Under the pieces are notes generated by a model, which ran no database searches, had not been told where the DNA came from, and saw only the letters and a list, made by a program, of their open reading frames with translations. From positions 1,568,001-1,632,000 of the forward strand of contig CAVTRN010000001.1 of assembly GCA_963737155.1 (NCBI GenBank): a stretch of DNA of 64,000 nt, given 5' to 3'. This document shows, in pieces, positions 1-8,345 of this stretch; the first letter of the stretch is position 1; every line of letters begins with the position of its first letter. This DNA is from Nitrospirota bacterium (GTDB taxonomy: Bacteria; Nitrospirota; UBA9217). The position numbers and the translations under genes are program-made.

Positions 1-573
1 GAGCTTGATAACCATATCGAGCAGCTTCGGCAAGTCTTTAACGTTGTGTTTCGTTATGGTGGTATTCACCTGGAACTCCAGGCCGACCTTCTTGAAATTC
101 TCAATAGCCTTCATTACACTCTCGAAGGCACCTTCCACACGGCGGAAGTTGTTATGCTGCTCCGCGGTAAGGCCGTCGATCGAGAGTGAAACACGCATGA
201 TGCCCGAGTCCTTCATCTTCTGCGCTAGCTCCTCGGTCACCAGAAGACCGCAGGGTGCCATAACCATCCGGAGGCCGATAGAAGTGCCGTGTTTGGCGAT
301 ATCGTAAATATCCGGCCGCATCATGGGCTCTCCGCCTGTCAGGATGATGATCGGGTCGCTGAAGGATTTGACGTCGTCCAGAAAACGAATGCATTCCTCA
401 GTTGCCAGCTCGCCCGGATAGGGCCCGTATTTGGCCGCAGCCCGGCAGTGGATGCAGTTCAGTACGCAACTACGCGTCGTTTCCCAAGCAATAAGCCTCG
501 GAAGATACTTCTTTTCTTTATTCTCGGTCACGGGATGACCGTGAGGCGCTTTCTCAGCACGGGGATGGGACAT
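1..573 (-). CDS. ahbD: Radical SAM heme synthase (AhbD-like), 3' end truncated by window edge
   Basis: Not in the ORF track; manual translation MSHPRAEK...PRLIAWETTRSCVLNCIHCRAAAKYGPYPGEL...IIILTGGEPMMRPD shows CxxxCxxC and GGEP motifs typical of AhbD/NirJ; GGAG RBS upstream. Confidence 0.8.
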   Translation of the reverse strand, partial: MSHPRAEKAPHGHPVTENKEKKYLPRLIAWETTRSCVLNCIHCRAAAKYGPYPGELATEECIRFLDDVKSFSDPIIILTGGEPMMRPDIYDIAKHGTSIGLRMVMAPCGLLVTEELAQKMKDSGIMRVSLSIDGLTAEQHNNFRRVEGAFESVMKAIENFKKVGLEFQVNTTITKHNVKDLPKLLDMVIKL

Positions 574-706
574 AAACCTCTCCTTTTTTGGGAAAGCTAA
601 ATTTCAAAATCCGGCCTTCAGACGGTGTAGCGTCATTTTGAACTTTGAGCTTTGAAATTCGAACAGTTTATATTAACCAATTGGTAGGGATTAGTAAAGA
701 TCAAAT

Positions 707-918
707 TCAGGCGCAAACTCGGTTTCGGCACTGCGCTTTTGCCCGGTAGAGGGTATCGTCAGCTCGCTGAATCAGCCCTTCCGATTAGGGAAAGATAATC
801 TCGGTCGGCAACCATGACTACCGTGGTTTCATCGAGGATCAATAAAAGAGGCGATCAAAGTCGCGCCCCGCCTGAGCCGAAGGTCGATCATGAGCAGGAT
901 CGAAAACCGTTCGTGATA
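707..918 (-). pseudogene. Remnant of a GGDEF diguanylate cyclase domain
   Basis: Fragments YHERFSILLMIDL and GLIQRADDTLYRAKAQCRNRVCA* match GGDEF N- and C-terminal motifs; the core is missing and the fragments are separated by stops. Confidence 0.65.
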
Positions 919-970
919 TGCATTAGACTTTTTGTTCAGACATGGAACGCATTTCATAATAGTAACAAAA

Positions 971-1624
971 TTAGGGCTGTTCAGCCCTGAAGAGTTTCTT
1001 CAATTCCGCCAGTTCGCGGATCACATAGTCCGGCCCCACCTTCCGCAGCTCTTCTTCAGGTCGAAAGCCATAGGTTACAGAACAGGTGATGACGCCGGCC
1101 GCCTTACCAGCCTGAACATCCGTTGTCCCGTCACCCACAATCACAGCCCGCTCTTTCGGCATCCCGAAATCCGACAGAACTCTCAGCACAGAATCCGGGG
1201 CTGGCTTGAGGGACAGGCCGGAATCAGCGCCAATCACGAGTTTGAAATACTTTGCAATGTCTAATTGCTCGAGCAGCGGCGCGACAAATTCCGTCGTCTT
1301 GTTGCTAATCACCGCCATGTGAAGAGATTTAAAATGTTCAAGTGTATCAGACACGGTCGGATACAGCCGGGAGCGCACTACCAAGTTCTCGCGGTGGTGC
1401 TTTTTATAAATAGCGACGGCCTCGTAAATATTCTCCGTTTTCCCTCCGAGGGAGCGGATCATCAGCGTTTCGATTCCGTCACCCACATATCGGCGAACAG
1501 TATCTTCCGTCAAGGGCATCCGGCCAAGCCGATTGAGCGTGAAATTGACTGAGGCCGCAATGTCCTCGAGTGTGTTTACGAGGGTTCCATCTAGGTCGAA
1601 TATGAGGAGACCGATAGGTTTCAT
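971..1624 (-). CDS. gph: HAD family hydrolase, phosphoglycolate phosphatase-like
   Basis: IFDLDGTL motif I, KPAP and VGDGTTD motifs; start placed at MKPIG. Confidence 0.85.
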   Translation of the reverse strand: MKPIGLLIFDLDGTLVNTLEDIAASVNFTLNRLGRMPLTEDTVRRYVGDGIETLMIRSLGGKTENIYEAVAIYKKHHRENLVVRSRLYPTVSDTLEHFKSLHMAVISNKTTEFVAPLLEQLDIAKYFKLVIGADSGLSLKPAPDSVLRVLSDFGMPKERAVIVGDGTTDVQAGKAAGVITCSVTYGFRPEEELRKVGPDYVIRELAELKKLFRAEQP

Positions 1625-1745
1625 GATGAGGGCAAAGAACGATACGGAACCACAAGGATTCGCTGGAAAGACCGTTCGCGTCTTAAACTTTTCAGCCGTC
1701 ACACCACAGTTTAAGTGTTCCGGCTGTTCGAGGGCTAAACAGCGT

Positions 1746-2621
1746 TCACGAGGTCGTTGTCATTCCCAAATACTTCATTGGGTTTTCCGATCCGAACTGG
1801 ACGGCCCATTCCTGCGGAATTCCGAGTAGTGTCAGGTTATTGACGGCATCAGCCAGCGGGATACCGCTGCCCAGAAGTGTGCCGCCCGCACCCCGGATTG
1901 GTCCGTTTCCCCAACCGACTCCCATGACCGAGTCGGAAACGAGAAGGATCTTATCCAGACCTTTCATGTCGAAGATCATTTTCAGGCTTTGTCGGTGTAG
2001 GTGCGCCATGTCCGCGATGATCTCAACATAGATGTCCTCGTCCATGATCCCGAACCCGGCAAGGCCGGGCTCCCGATGATGAAAACCCCGCATGGCATTG
2101 AAGAGGTGGGTAATGCCCGTGGCCCCCGCCCGCTTGCCTTCTTCCGCTTGGTCGAACGATGCATCGCTGTGGCCCATGTGGACTAGGAAACCTTTTTCAC
2201 GGCTCATTTCGATCAGACGCAACGCGCCCGGCAGCTCGGGGGCAATCGTAATGATCTTGATGATGTCTTCGAAATCCTCCACAAGCTGCCTGAATGCCTC
2301 GACCGAGGGATCGAGAAAACTGTTTTTATCCAGCGACCCTGCCCGCTCCGGGTTCAGGAAGGGACCCTCCAGATTCACGCCAAGGATGGTGGCGCCCTCT
2401 CGCTGAACCGACATCGCGCGCCGGACAGCTGCCATGTTCTCGCGCATAATCTCGATGGATCCGGGATAGAGCGTCGGCAGCAGGGCCGACGTCCCGCGAT
2501 GGCCATGTATACACGCTACCTGGAGGATATCGTCCTGCCGTCTTGTGCGCGTATCATACTTTTCGGCGCCATGTACGTGAATATCGATAAGATACGGCTT
2601 GCTTCCGATAGCGTAGGCCAT
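1746..2621 (-). CDS. nagA: N-acetylglucosamine-6-phosphate deacetylase-like amidohydrolase (short form)
   Basis: IDIHVHG, LEGPFL, TIAPE, GHSDA, THLFNAM and LVSD motifs. Confidence 0.8.
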   Translation of the reverse strand: MAYAIGSKPYLIDIHVHGAEKYDTRTRRQDDILQVACIHGHRGTSALLPTLYPGSIEIMRENMAAVRRAMSVQREGATILGVNLEGPFLNPERAGSLDKNSFLDPSVEAFRQLVEDFEDIIKIITIAPELPGALRLIEMSREKGFLVHMGHSDASFDQAEEGKRAGATGITHLFNAMRGFHHREPGLAGFGIMDEDIYVEIIADMAHLHRQSLKMIFDMKGLDKILLVSDSVMGVGWGNGPIRGAGGTLLGSGIPLADAVNNLTLLGIPQEWAVQFGSENPMKYLGMTTTS

Positions 2622-2694
2622 AGAAATATCCCGAGTTTGAGTTCAATGTACAAAGTGCTCAGTTCATAGTACAATGCCGGTATATATATGGATG

Positions 2695-2931
2695 CTAGGT
2701 GATCTTCCCCCTGCGCGAAAAGAATTCCGAAAGCGCTAGGCGCACCACGGCACCACGGTCCCATGGCTGTCTGAGCTCTTTCGTCATCTCAACAGCAATC
2801 TCATCAAGCGCATCCAGATGCTCGTCTTCAAGAAGGAGCGTCACCTCAACCAACTCATGATGCTCGTGCCCCTCATTGCCATTATAACCCGCTGTGTGAC
2901 GTTTGTGTGCGTGAACGTGTTTATCATCCAT
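2695..2931 (-). CDS. Small protein with His-rich N-terminus and ribbon-helix-helix-like C-terminus
   Basis: MDDKHVHAHKRH...GHEHHE followed by VTLLLEDEHLDALDEIA...RGAVVRLALSEFF; GAGG RBS. Confidence 0.6.
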   Translation of the reverse strand: MDDKHVHAHKRHTAGYNGNEGHEHHELVEVTLLLEDEHLDALDEIAVEMTKELRQPWDRGAVVRLALSEFFSRRGKIT

Positions 2932-2988
2932 GAAGCACCTCACTATGACGGAGGAAACCAGAGCGTGATGGCACCTTCCGTCTTCGGC

Positions 2989-3915
2989 CTAGAACAGTAT
3001 TCTCATCATTACGGGCATCGTAAAGAATAACGACACAGTCGATACGGCAATGCACGCTGCGGCAAGCGGGACATCGAGATTGAATTCATCGGCGATCACA
3101 AGAGACAACACCATAACCGGCATAGCGCCTTCAATGGTCACAGCCTGAAGAACTTTCCCGGTGATGCCGAGCCGCGAAGCAATCCACCATGCCACAACAG
3201 GAGCAAGAAATAACTTGATTGCGATGGCCGGAATGGCTATGGGGAGTCGTTTAAAATCGCGAAAGTCGAGCGCTAACCCCACGGTAAATGTCATAATCGG
3301 GATCACGGCCATTCCCATGAGCCCCGCCGTGTCCAATACAAGCTGCGGAATCAACACACCGCTGAGACGAACCGCAATCCCGGCGGCCGCGGCCCAAAGT
3401 GGCGGGAGCATAACTACCCGTTTGAGCGATGCAGCGAACGATACGGTTTTGCCGCTTCCGTACCGTGCCGAGAGGAAAACTCCTGCTGTCAGCAGAAGAG
3501 GCGTCGATGCCAGGAGATCATACAGGATAGCCACATAACCGTGTTCCCTGCCGAGCATCTCTGTAATGACCGGCAGGCCGAGATACGTTACATTCCCGTA
3601 AGTAGCTGCAAGAATCATGACACCGAAAGCCGACTTGGGAATGTTTCTGAATCCAGGCATCAGCTTATAAACCGCAAATACTGCCGCTGTGCACAGAAGA
3701 ACGACTGCGGCGGCAGCGAGCGGTATGGTAACGAAGTTCACATCGGCATGGGCTGTTGCCACGAGTCCGAAGACAAGGGCGGGCAGGAAAACATAAAGCA
3801 CTGCAACGCTCATTACTTGCCGAACCTGGTGACGATCAAGCCCTCCGGGATCGAAAAATCTCCATGCATATCCTGCTGCGATGACCAGACCGAATGAATA
3901 CAAAACTTTATTGAT
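2989..3915 (-). CDS. AEC (auxin efflux carrier / malate permease) family transporter
   Basis: About 10 hydrophobic segments, YVFLPALVF, GNVTYLGLP and IKLFLAP motifs; start is either ATC at 3915 (after AAGGAG) or TTG at 3903. Confidence 0.85.
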   Translation of the reverse strand: MNKVLYSFGLVIAAGYAWRFFDPGGLDRHQVRQVMSVAVLYVFLPALVFGLVATAHADVNFVTIPLAAAAVVLLCTAAVFAVYKLMPGFRNIPKSAFGVMILAATYGNVTYLGLPVITEMLGREHGYVAILYDLLASTPLLLTAGVFLSARYGSGKTVSFAASLKRVVMLPPLWAAAAGIAVRLSGVLIPQLVLDTAGLMGMAVIPIMTFTVGLALDFRDFKRLPIAIPAIAIKLFLAPVVAWWIASRLGITGKVLQAVTIEGAMPVMVLSLVIADEFNLDVPLAAACIAVSTVSLFFTMPVMMRILF

Positions 3916-3977
3916 ACACTACTCCTTATATCGATTATACCAGCAACTAGCCGAAGATTGAACAGGAATTTTCATGC

Positions 3978-4010
3978 TGACATCCTCCCCTGGATGAAGT
4001 CCGGGGATTT
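3978..4010 (-). mobile_element. Orphan IS200/IS605-type right-end hairpin
   Basis: Minus strand AAATCCCCGGACTTCATCCAGGGGAGGATGTCA resembles the common IS605-family right end (GAATCCCC..hairpin..GGGGAGGATGTCAA); no tnpA/tnpB nearby. Confidence 0.55.
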
Positions 4011-5326
4011 AACAGCAGAGGGGCACACCCCTACTTTCCATGTTTTATGGTATCATTGGTCTACAGTAATTAAAACAATATTAGACAAGCAATCATTGTG
4101 TATCACATTTATCACATTTGAATGTTCATTTTGTCTTTGAGACTAAGTACAGACGACACATATTCGTGTTTACGGAATGCTTAAGTTTATAGGACTTAAG
4201 CATGCTTGTGCGCCATCAGATGCTGGATAATCGTTCCTGTCTTGCGTTTGTATCTTTGCTGGCAGCTATATATCCTTGCGCAAAAAGAAGTGATTATAGA
4301 GGGTCTTCATGCTCCTCGACAATAAGAGTAACTGATTTATTTTGCGAAAAATGCCGCCATTTTTTTGTGATTCGTTGATGCCGAAACCAACTTCCGCAAC
4401 AGCGTATGAGACTCTATATCCCTTGCAGTTCAGTGATCAAGATGCCGTTGTTGTTGCGATTGTAGATTATTATTCTCTGGTGAAGACACCCTGCAGCAAA
4501 TTGCCATATTTACTTCGAAAGTCTGGACGAACGTATTCCCGCGTAATTACTGAACCGGCATGATAATAGTTCCATGCGGTTTTGAAAGTTAACATAATTT
4601 TTTTTCGCATAATGACGCAGATTTATATGCCATAATATGGCACGATTTTTCTCGAATTGCAAATGCATTGTCGAAGTTTAGCAATGCTCTCCAAAACTTA
4701 TGGTCACTTGCTAATAAATCTGTCATTAACAGCGGTAAAAGCTCAGCAGTTGTTGTATGTAACGAGAAAAGAACGCTGTCGTTAAAATGCGCTTTAAATT
4801 GACGATTAAAATAAATGGTGATACCATTGTTTTGTACGGGAACATCCATATTGTCCTCCATTTTTTTGGTTTTAATTTCTCCAAAACTATTGCTACTATA
4901 AAATGAAGGGCAATTTATGCTACTTTATATCCAAGCCTTTTTCCACTCTACTAGATTTAATGCGTTGTAGTCATCAGCCCGTTCTGTTTTGAATTGGGTT
5001 ACAATGCCGAAAATGACCCCGGAAGTCTGGGCTGAAAAGTTTGGGTCTGCTTTATCAGACAATCTGAACAGGGAGGATGAGGAACCTTCCACATCCATTC
5101 AACTCCCTGAACATGTGACAAACCACGAGATCAATCAACATGATGTGGGAAGGACAATGTTTGTCTTTTGGAGGACATCGCAGCCGGAAGGTAGAAGGCA
5201 TTGAGGTTCCCTGGCGCCGGTTTATCTGCGTAAGGGACGTCTTCAGGAAGTGCGGAATCAGGCCATTCAATGAAGAAATACGTGTAAATTGGCTAGCATA
5301 TTTTGATCGAGGAAGGGAATCCATCC

Positions 5327-7090
5327 ATGCTGGGTGATGATCGAAGACTAAGATATAGAAGCGTTAGCACTGTCATTTGTCTCATATTATTTCTCGCGGG
5401 AAGCGCTATTGGCCTCTATTACTGGCTTGTCGCAGGCCGCGTTCCGGGGCAGGTGATCCTGGAAATAGACTTTGATAAAGGGATAGCCGAATATGTGCCA
5501 GATGATCCCCTTGCCCGTCTTGTGCTAAAGCAAAAAATTCATTTGCGTGACATTGTGGAAGCGCTGCAGAAAGCCGCGACCGACGATCGGGTCAAGGGGC
5601 TTGTGGCACGGGTTGGCGGCTCGACGCTTAAACTGGCAGGAGTACAAGAAGTGCGTGATGCAGTCGTCTCCTTCCGGGCCACAGGAAAACCCGCGATCTG
5701 CTATGCCGAAACGTTCGGTGAGTTTGGGCCGGGAAATGTCTCGTACTATCTTGCGACGGCCTTTGACGAGATCTATCTGCAGCCGTCCGGCGATGTGGGG
5801 CTCACGGGGCTTATCTACGAACAGCCCTTTATTCGGGGAACATTGGATAAGCTGGGCATCGTTCCACGTGTTGATGGCAGAAAAGAATATAAAAGTTTTC
5901 GGTATATGTTCACGGAAACCAAATATCTGCCGCCGCATCGCGAAGAGATTGTCCAGGTGATGGACTCCCAGTTTTCACAGATCGTCAAAGGGATTGCAGT
6001 TTCGCGCAAGAATTCAGAAGATAACGTACGGTTGCTAGCCGACAGGGGGCCCTTCGCTGGTCAGGAGGCTGTGGATGCAAAGCTTGTGGACGGGCTCGCG
6101 TATCGCGACGAAGTTTACGATAAGATCAAGGCCAAAGCGGGAGCGAAGGCCGAATTTCTCGATCTGGCTGAATACCTGAAACGAGCGGGAAGCCCGAACG
6201 AAAAGGGAACGACCGTTGCCCTCATATACGCAGTGGGTGCGATTGAGCGCGGAAAAAGCGGTTACAATGCAGTAACCGGCGAGATTGTTTTGGGTTCTGA
6301 TACTATTTCCTCGGCGCTTAGAGAGGCGGCGAAGGACAAGGACGTCAAGGCCATACTGCTCAGGATTGACAGCCCTGGCGGGTCCTACGTTGCGTCAGAC
6401 ACGATCTGGCGCGAGACAGTAAAAGCCAGGAAAGAGGGTAAGCCACTTATCGTGTCGATGGGAGACGTGGCCGCTTCGGGCGGTTATTTCATCGCTCTGG
6501 CTGCGGACACAATCGTTGCCCAGCCCGCGACGATTACGGGATCCATCGGCGTGTTTGGTGGGAAGTTGGTGACCACGGGCTTTTGGAAAAAACTTGGCGT
6601 AACATGGGACGAAGTGCACACGAGCCAGAACGCCGACGCATGGACCATGACCAAGGATTTTACACCTGCACAGAAAGCCCGCTTCGAGGAATGGCTCGAC
6701 CGGGTGTACGGTGATTTTACGTCAAAGGTAGCCGAGGGAAGAAATCTTACCAAAGAAGCTGTGGAGAAAATTGCAAAAGGCAGGATCTGGACTGGAGAAG
6801 ATGCGAAAAAAAACGGGCTTGTTGATGAACTCGGAGGTTATCCCATTGCGCTGAAGAGTGTGCGTAAGGCACTGAAACTCTCCGATAATGCTCTGATCAA
6901 ATTGAAAGTATATCCTGAGCAAAAATCGTTGCTCAAGCTTCTTTTGGAGCTGAAGTCTGCCACAGGCGAAGACGAAGATTCAACTGCCATTACTCGCACG
7001 CTCAAGGAACTTCAACCGATAGCAAGAACTATCAAGACACTTGGATACTCCTCACAATCTGATATACTAAGGTTGCAGGAATTTGAATAA
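5327..7090 (+). CDS. sppA: Signal peptide peptidase SppA, 67K two-domain type
   Basis: N-terminal TM segment, YYLATAFDEIYLQPSG, LRIDSPGGS, VAASGGYFIA and TITGSIGVF motifs. Confidence 0.92.
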   Translation: MLGDDRRLRYRSVSTVICLILFLAGSAIGLYYWLVAGRVPGQVILEIDFDKGIAEYVPDDPLARLVLKQKIHLRDIVEALQKAATDDRVKGLVARVGGSTLKLAGVQEVRDAVVSFRATGKPAICYAETFGEFGPGNVSYYLATAFDEIYLQPSGDVGLTGLIYEQPFIRGTLDKLGIVPRVDGRKEYKSFRYMFTETKYLPPHREEIVQVMDSQFSQIVKGIAVSRKNSEDNVRLLADRGPFAGQEAVDAKLVDGLAYRDEVYDKIKAKAGAKAEFLDLAEYLKRAGSPNEKGTTVALIYAVGAIERGKSGYNAVTGEIVLGSDTISSALREAAKDKDVKAILLRIDSPGGSYVASDTIWRETVKARKEGKPLIVSMGDVAASGGYFIALAADTIVAQPATITGSIGVFGGKLVTTGFWKKLGVTWDEVHTSQNADAWTMTKDFTPAQKARFEEWLDRVYGDFTSKVAEGRNLTKEAVEKIAKGRIWTGEDAKKNGLVDELGGYPIALKSVRKALKLSDNALIKLKVYPEQKSLLKLLLELKSATGEDEDSTAITRTLKELQPIARTIKTLGYSSQSDILRLQEFE

Positions 7091-7192
7091 TTCTGAGAAG
7101 TTGAAATCACAATGCGGTGATGTATGCCTGCTGGTTTTTTTAGAGATGAATTCACTTTACCACATGTACTTCACTGATTAAAGGAGTAGGCC

Positions 7193-8134
7193 ATGAGATT
7201 TTTGCTGAGAGCTCTTTTCGTATTGACGTTGTTGACCGTACTTTCCGGGTGTTTTAATATCAAGGTCAACGTTATCCCAGAGGTGCTGCCTCTAAAGGAA
7301 CGATTAATCTCGGGCGAGGGTAAGGACAAGATTGTTCTCATCGATATCTCCGGGGTCATCACGAGCGCGGAAGACGGTTCTTTCTTAAGTACGACGAAGG
7401 AACCGGGGATGCTAGCCCAGGTACGCGAAGAACTCGATCAGGCGCGCAGTGACAAGAACGTCAAGGCCGTCGTGCTGAGAATCAATAGCCCCGGAGGCGG
7501 CGTCACAGCGTCGGATACACTCTATCATGAAATAAAAAAATACAAGAAGGAAACGGGCGTGAAGGTCGTCGCCCACTTTTTGGATATGGGAACGTCGGGA
7601 GCCTACTATGTCGCTCTCGCATCCGACCAGATCATAGCGCAGCCTACAAGCATTGTCGGCAGCATCGGAGTGACCATGCTCCGTATAGATGCAACAGGAC
7701 TGATGCAGAAGATAGGTGTTCAGGCGCTGCAGATTTCGTCGGGAGAATGGAAGAGCATGGGTTCCCCCTTCCGTCAAATCTCGCCGGAGGAAACGCAGCT
7801 TTTTCAAAACATGATCGATAATCTCTACGGTAAGTTTGTGGATGCTGTCGCCGATCAGCGGAATATGGTGCCTGACCGGGTTCGGGAAATCGCTGACGGG
7901 CGTATTTATACAAGCCAGGAGGCCAAGGACAAAGGCCTCATCGATGGCATTGGTTACCTCGAGGATTCCCTGGAAAAAGCGAAGAGCCTGGCGAATGTGA
8001 CGAAGGCCCGAGTCGTGACCTATTCCCGTCCCGGTGAATATCGAGCCAATATCTATTCAAGGAACCTCATCAACATTAATGTCGGAGAATTTGCTAGGCC
8101 AGGCGTGACTTTCGCATACGTGTGGTTTCCCTGA
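7193..8134 (+). CDS. sppA: Signal peptide peptidase SppA, 36K type, predicted lipoprotein
   Basis: Lipobox LSGC; LRINSPGGG, GTSGAYY and GSIGV motifs; AAGGAG RBS. Confidence 0.9.
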   Translation: MRFLLRALFVLTLLTVLSGCFNIKVNVIPEVLPLKERLISGEGKDKIVLIDISGVITSAEDGSFLSTTKEPGMLAQVREELDQARSDKNVKAVVLRINSPGGGVTASDTLYHEIKKYKKETGVKVVAHFLDMGTSGAYYVALASDQIIAQPTSIVGSIGVTMLRIDATGLMQKIGVQALQISSGEWKSMGSPFRQISPEETQLFQNMIDNLYGKFVDAVADQRNMVPDRVREIADGRIYTSQEAKDKGLIDGIGYLEDSLEKAKSLANVTKARVVTYSRPGEYRANIYSRNLININVGEFARPGVTFAYVWFP

Positions 8135-8345
8135 TCATTACAACAAAGCGTGCAGTTGGAGCTAACCGGACGTTACTTTGTAACTAATGGGAGCAGGTGC
8201 CTACCTGATATAATCTATTTAGCATTTGCCTCGGCTTCAGGCCTCGAGAAGGCCAAGAACATCGTCTTTTCAGTAACCTGGGTACTTTTCTTTTTTTATC
8301 CGAGATTTATTGGAAATAATTCCCAATTGAAAGGTTATTCGTAAA

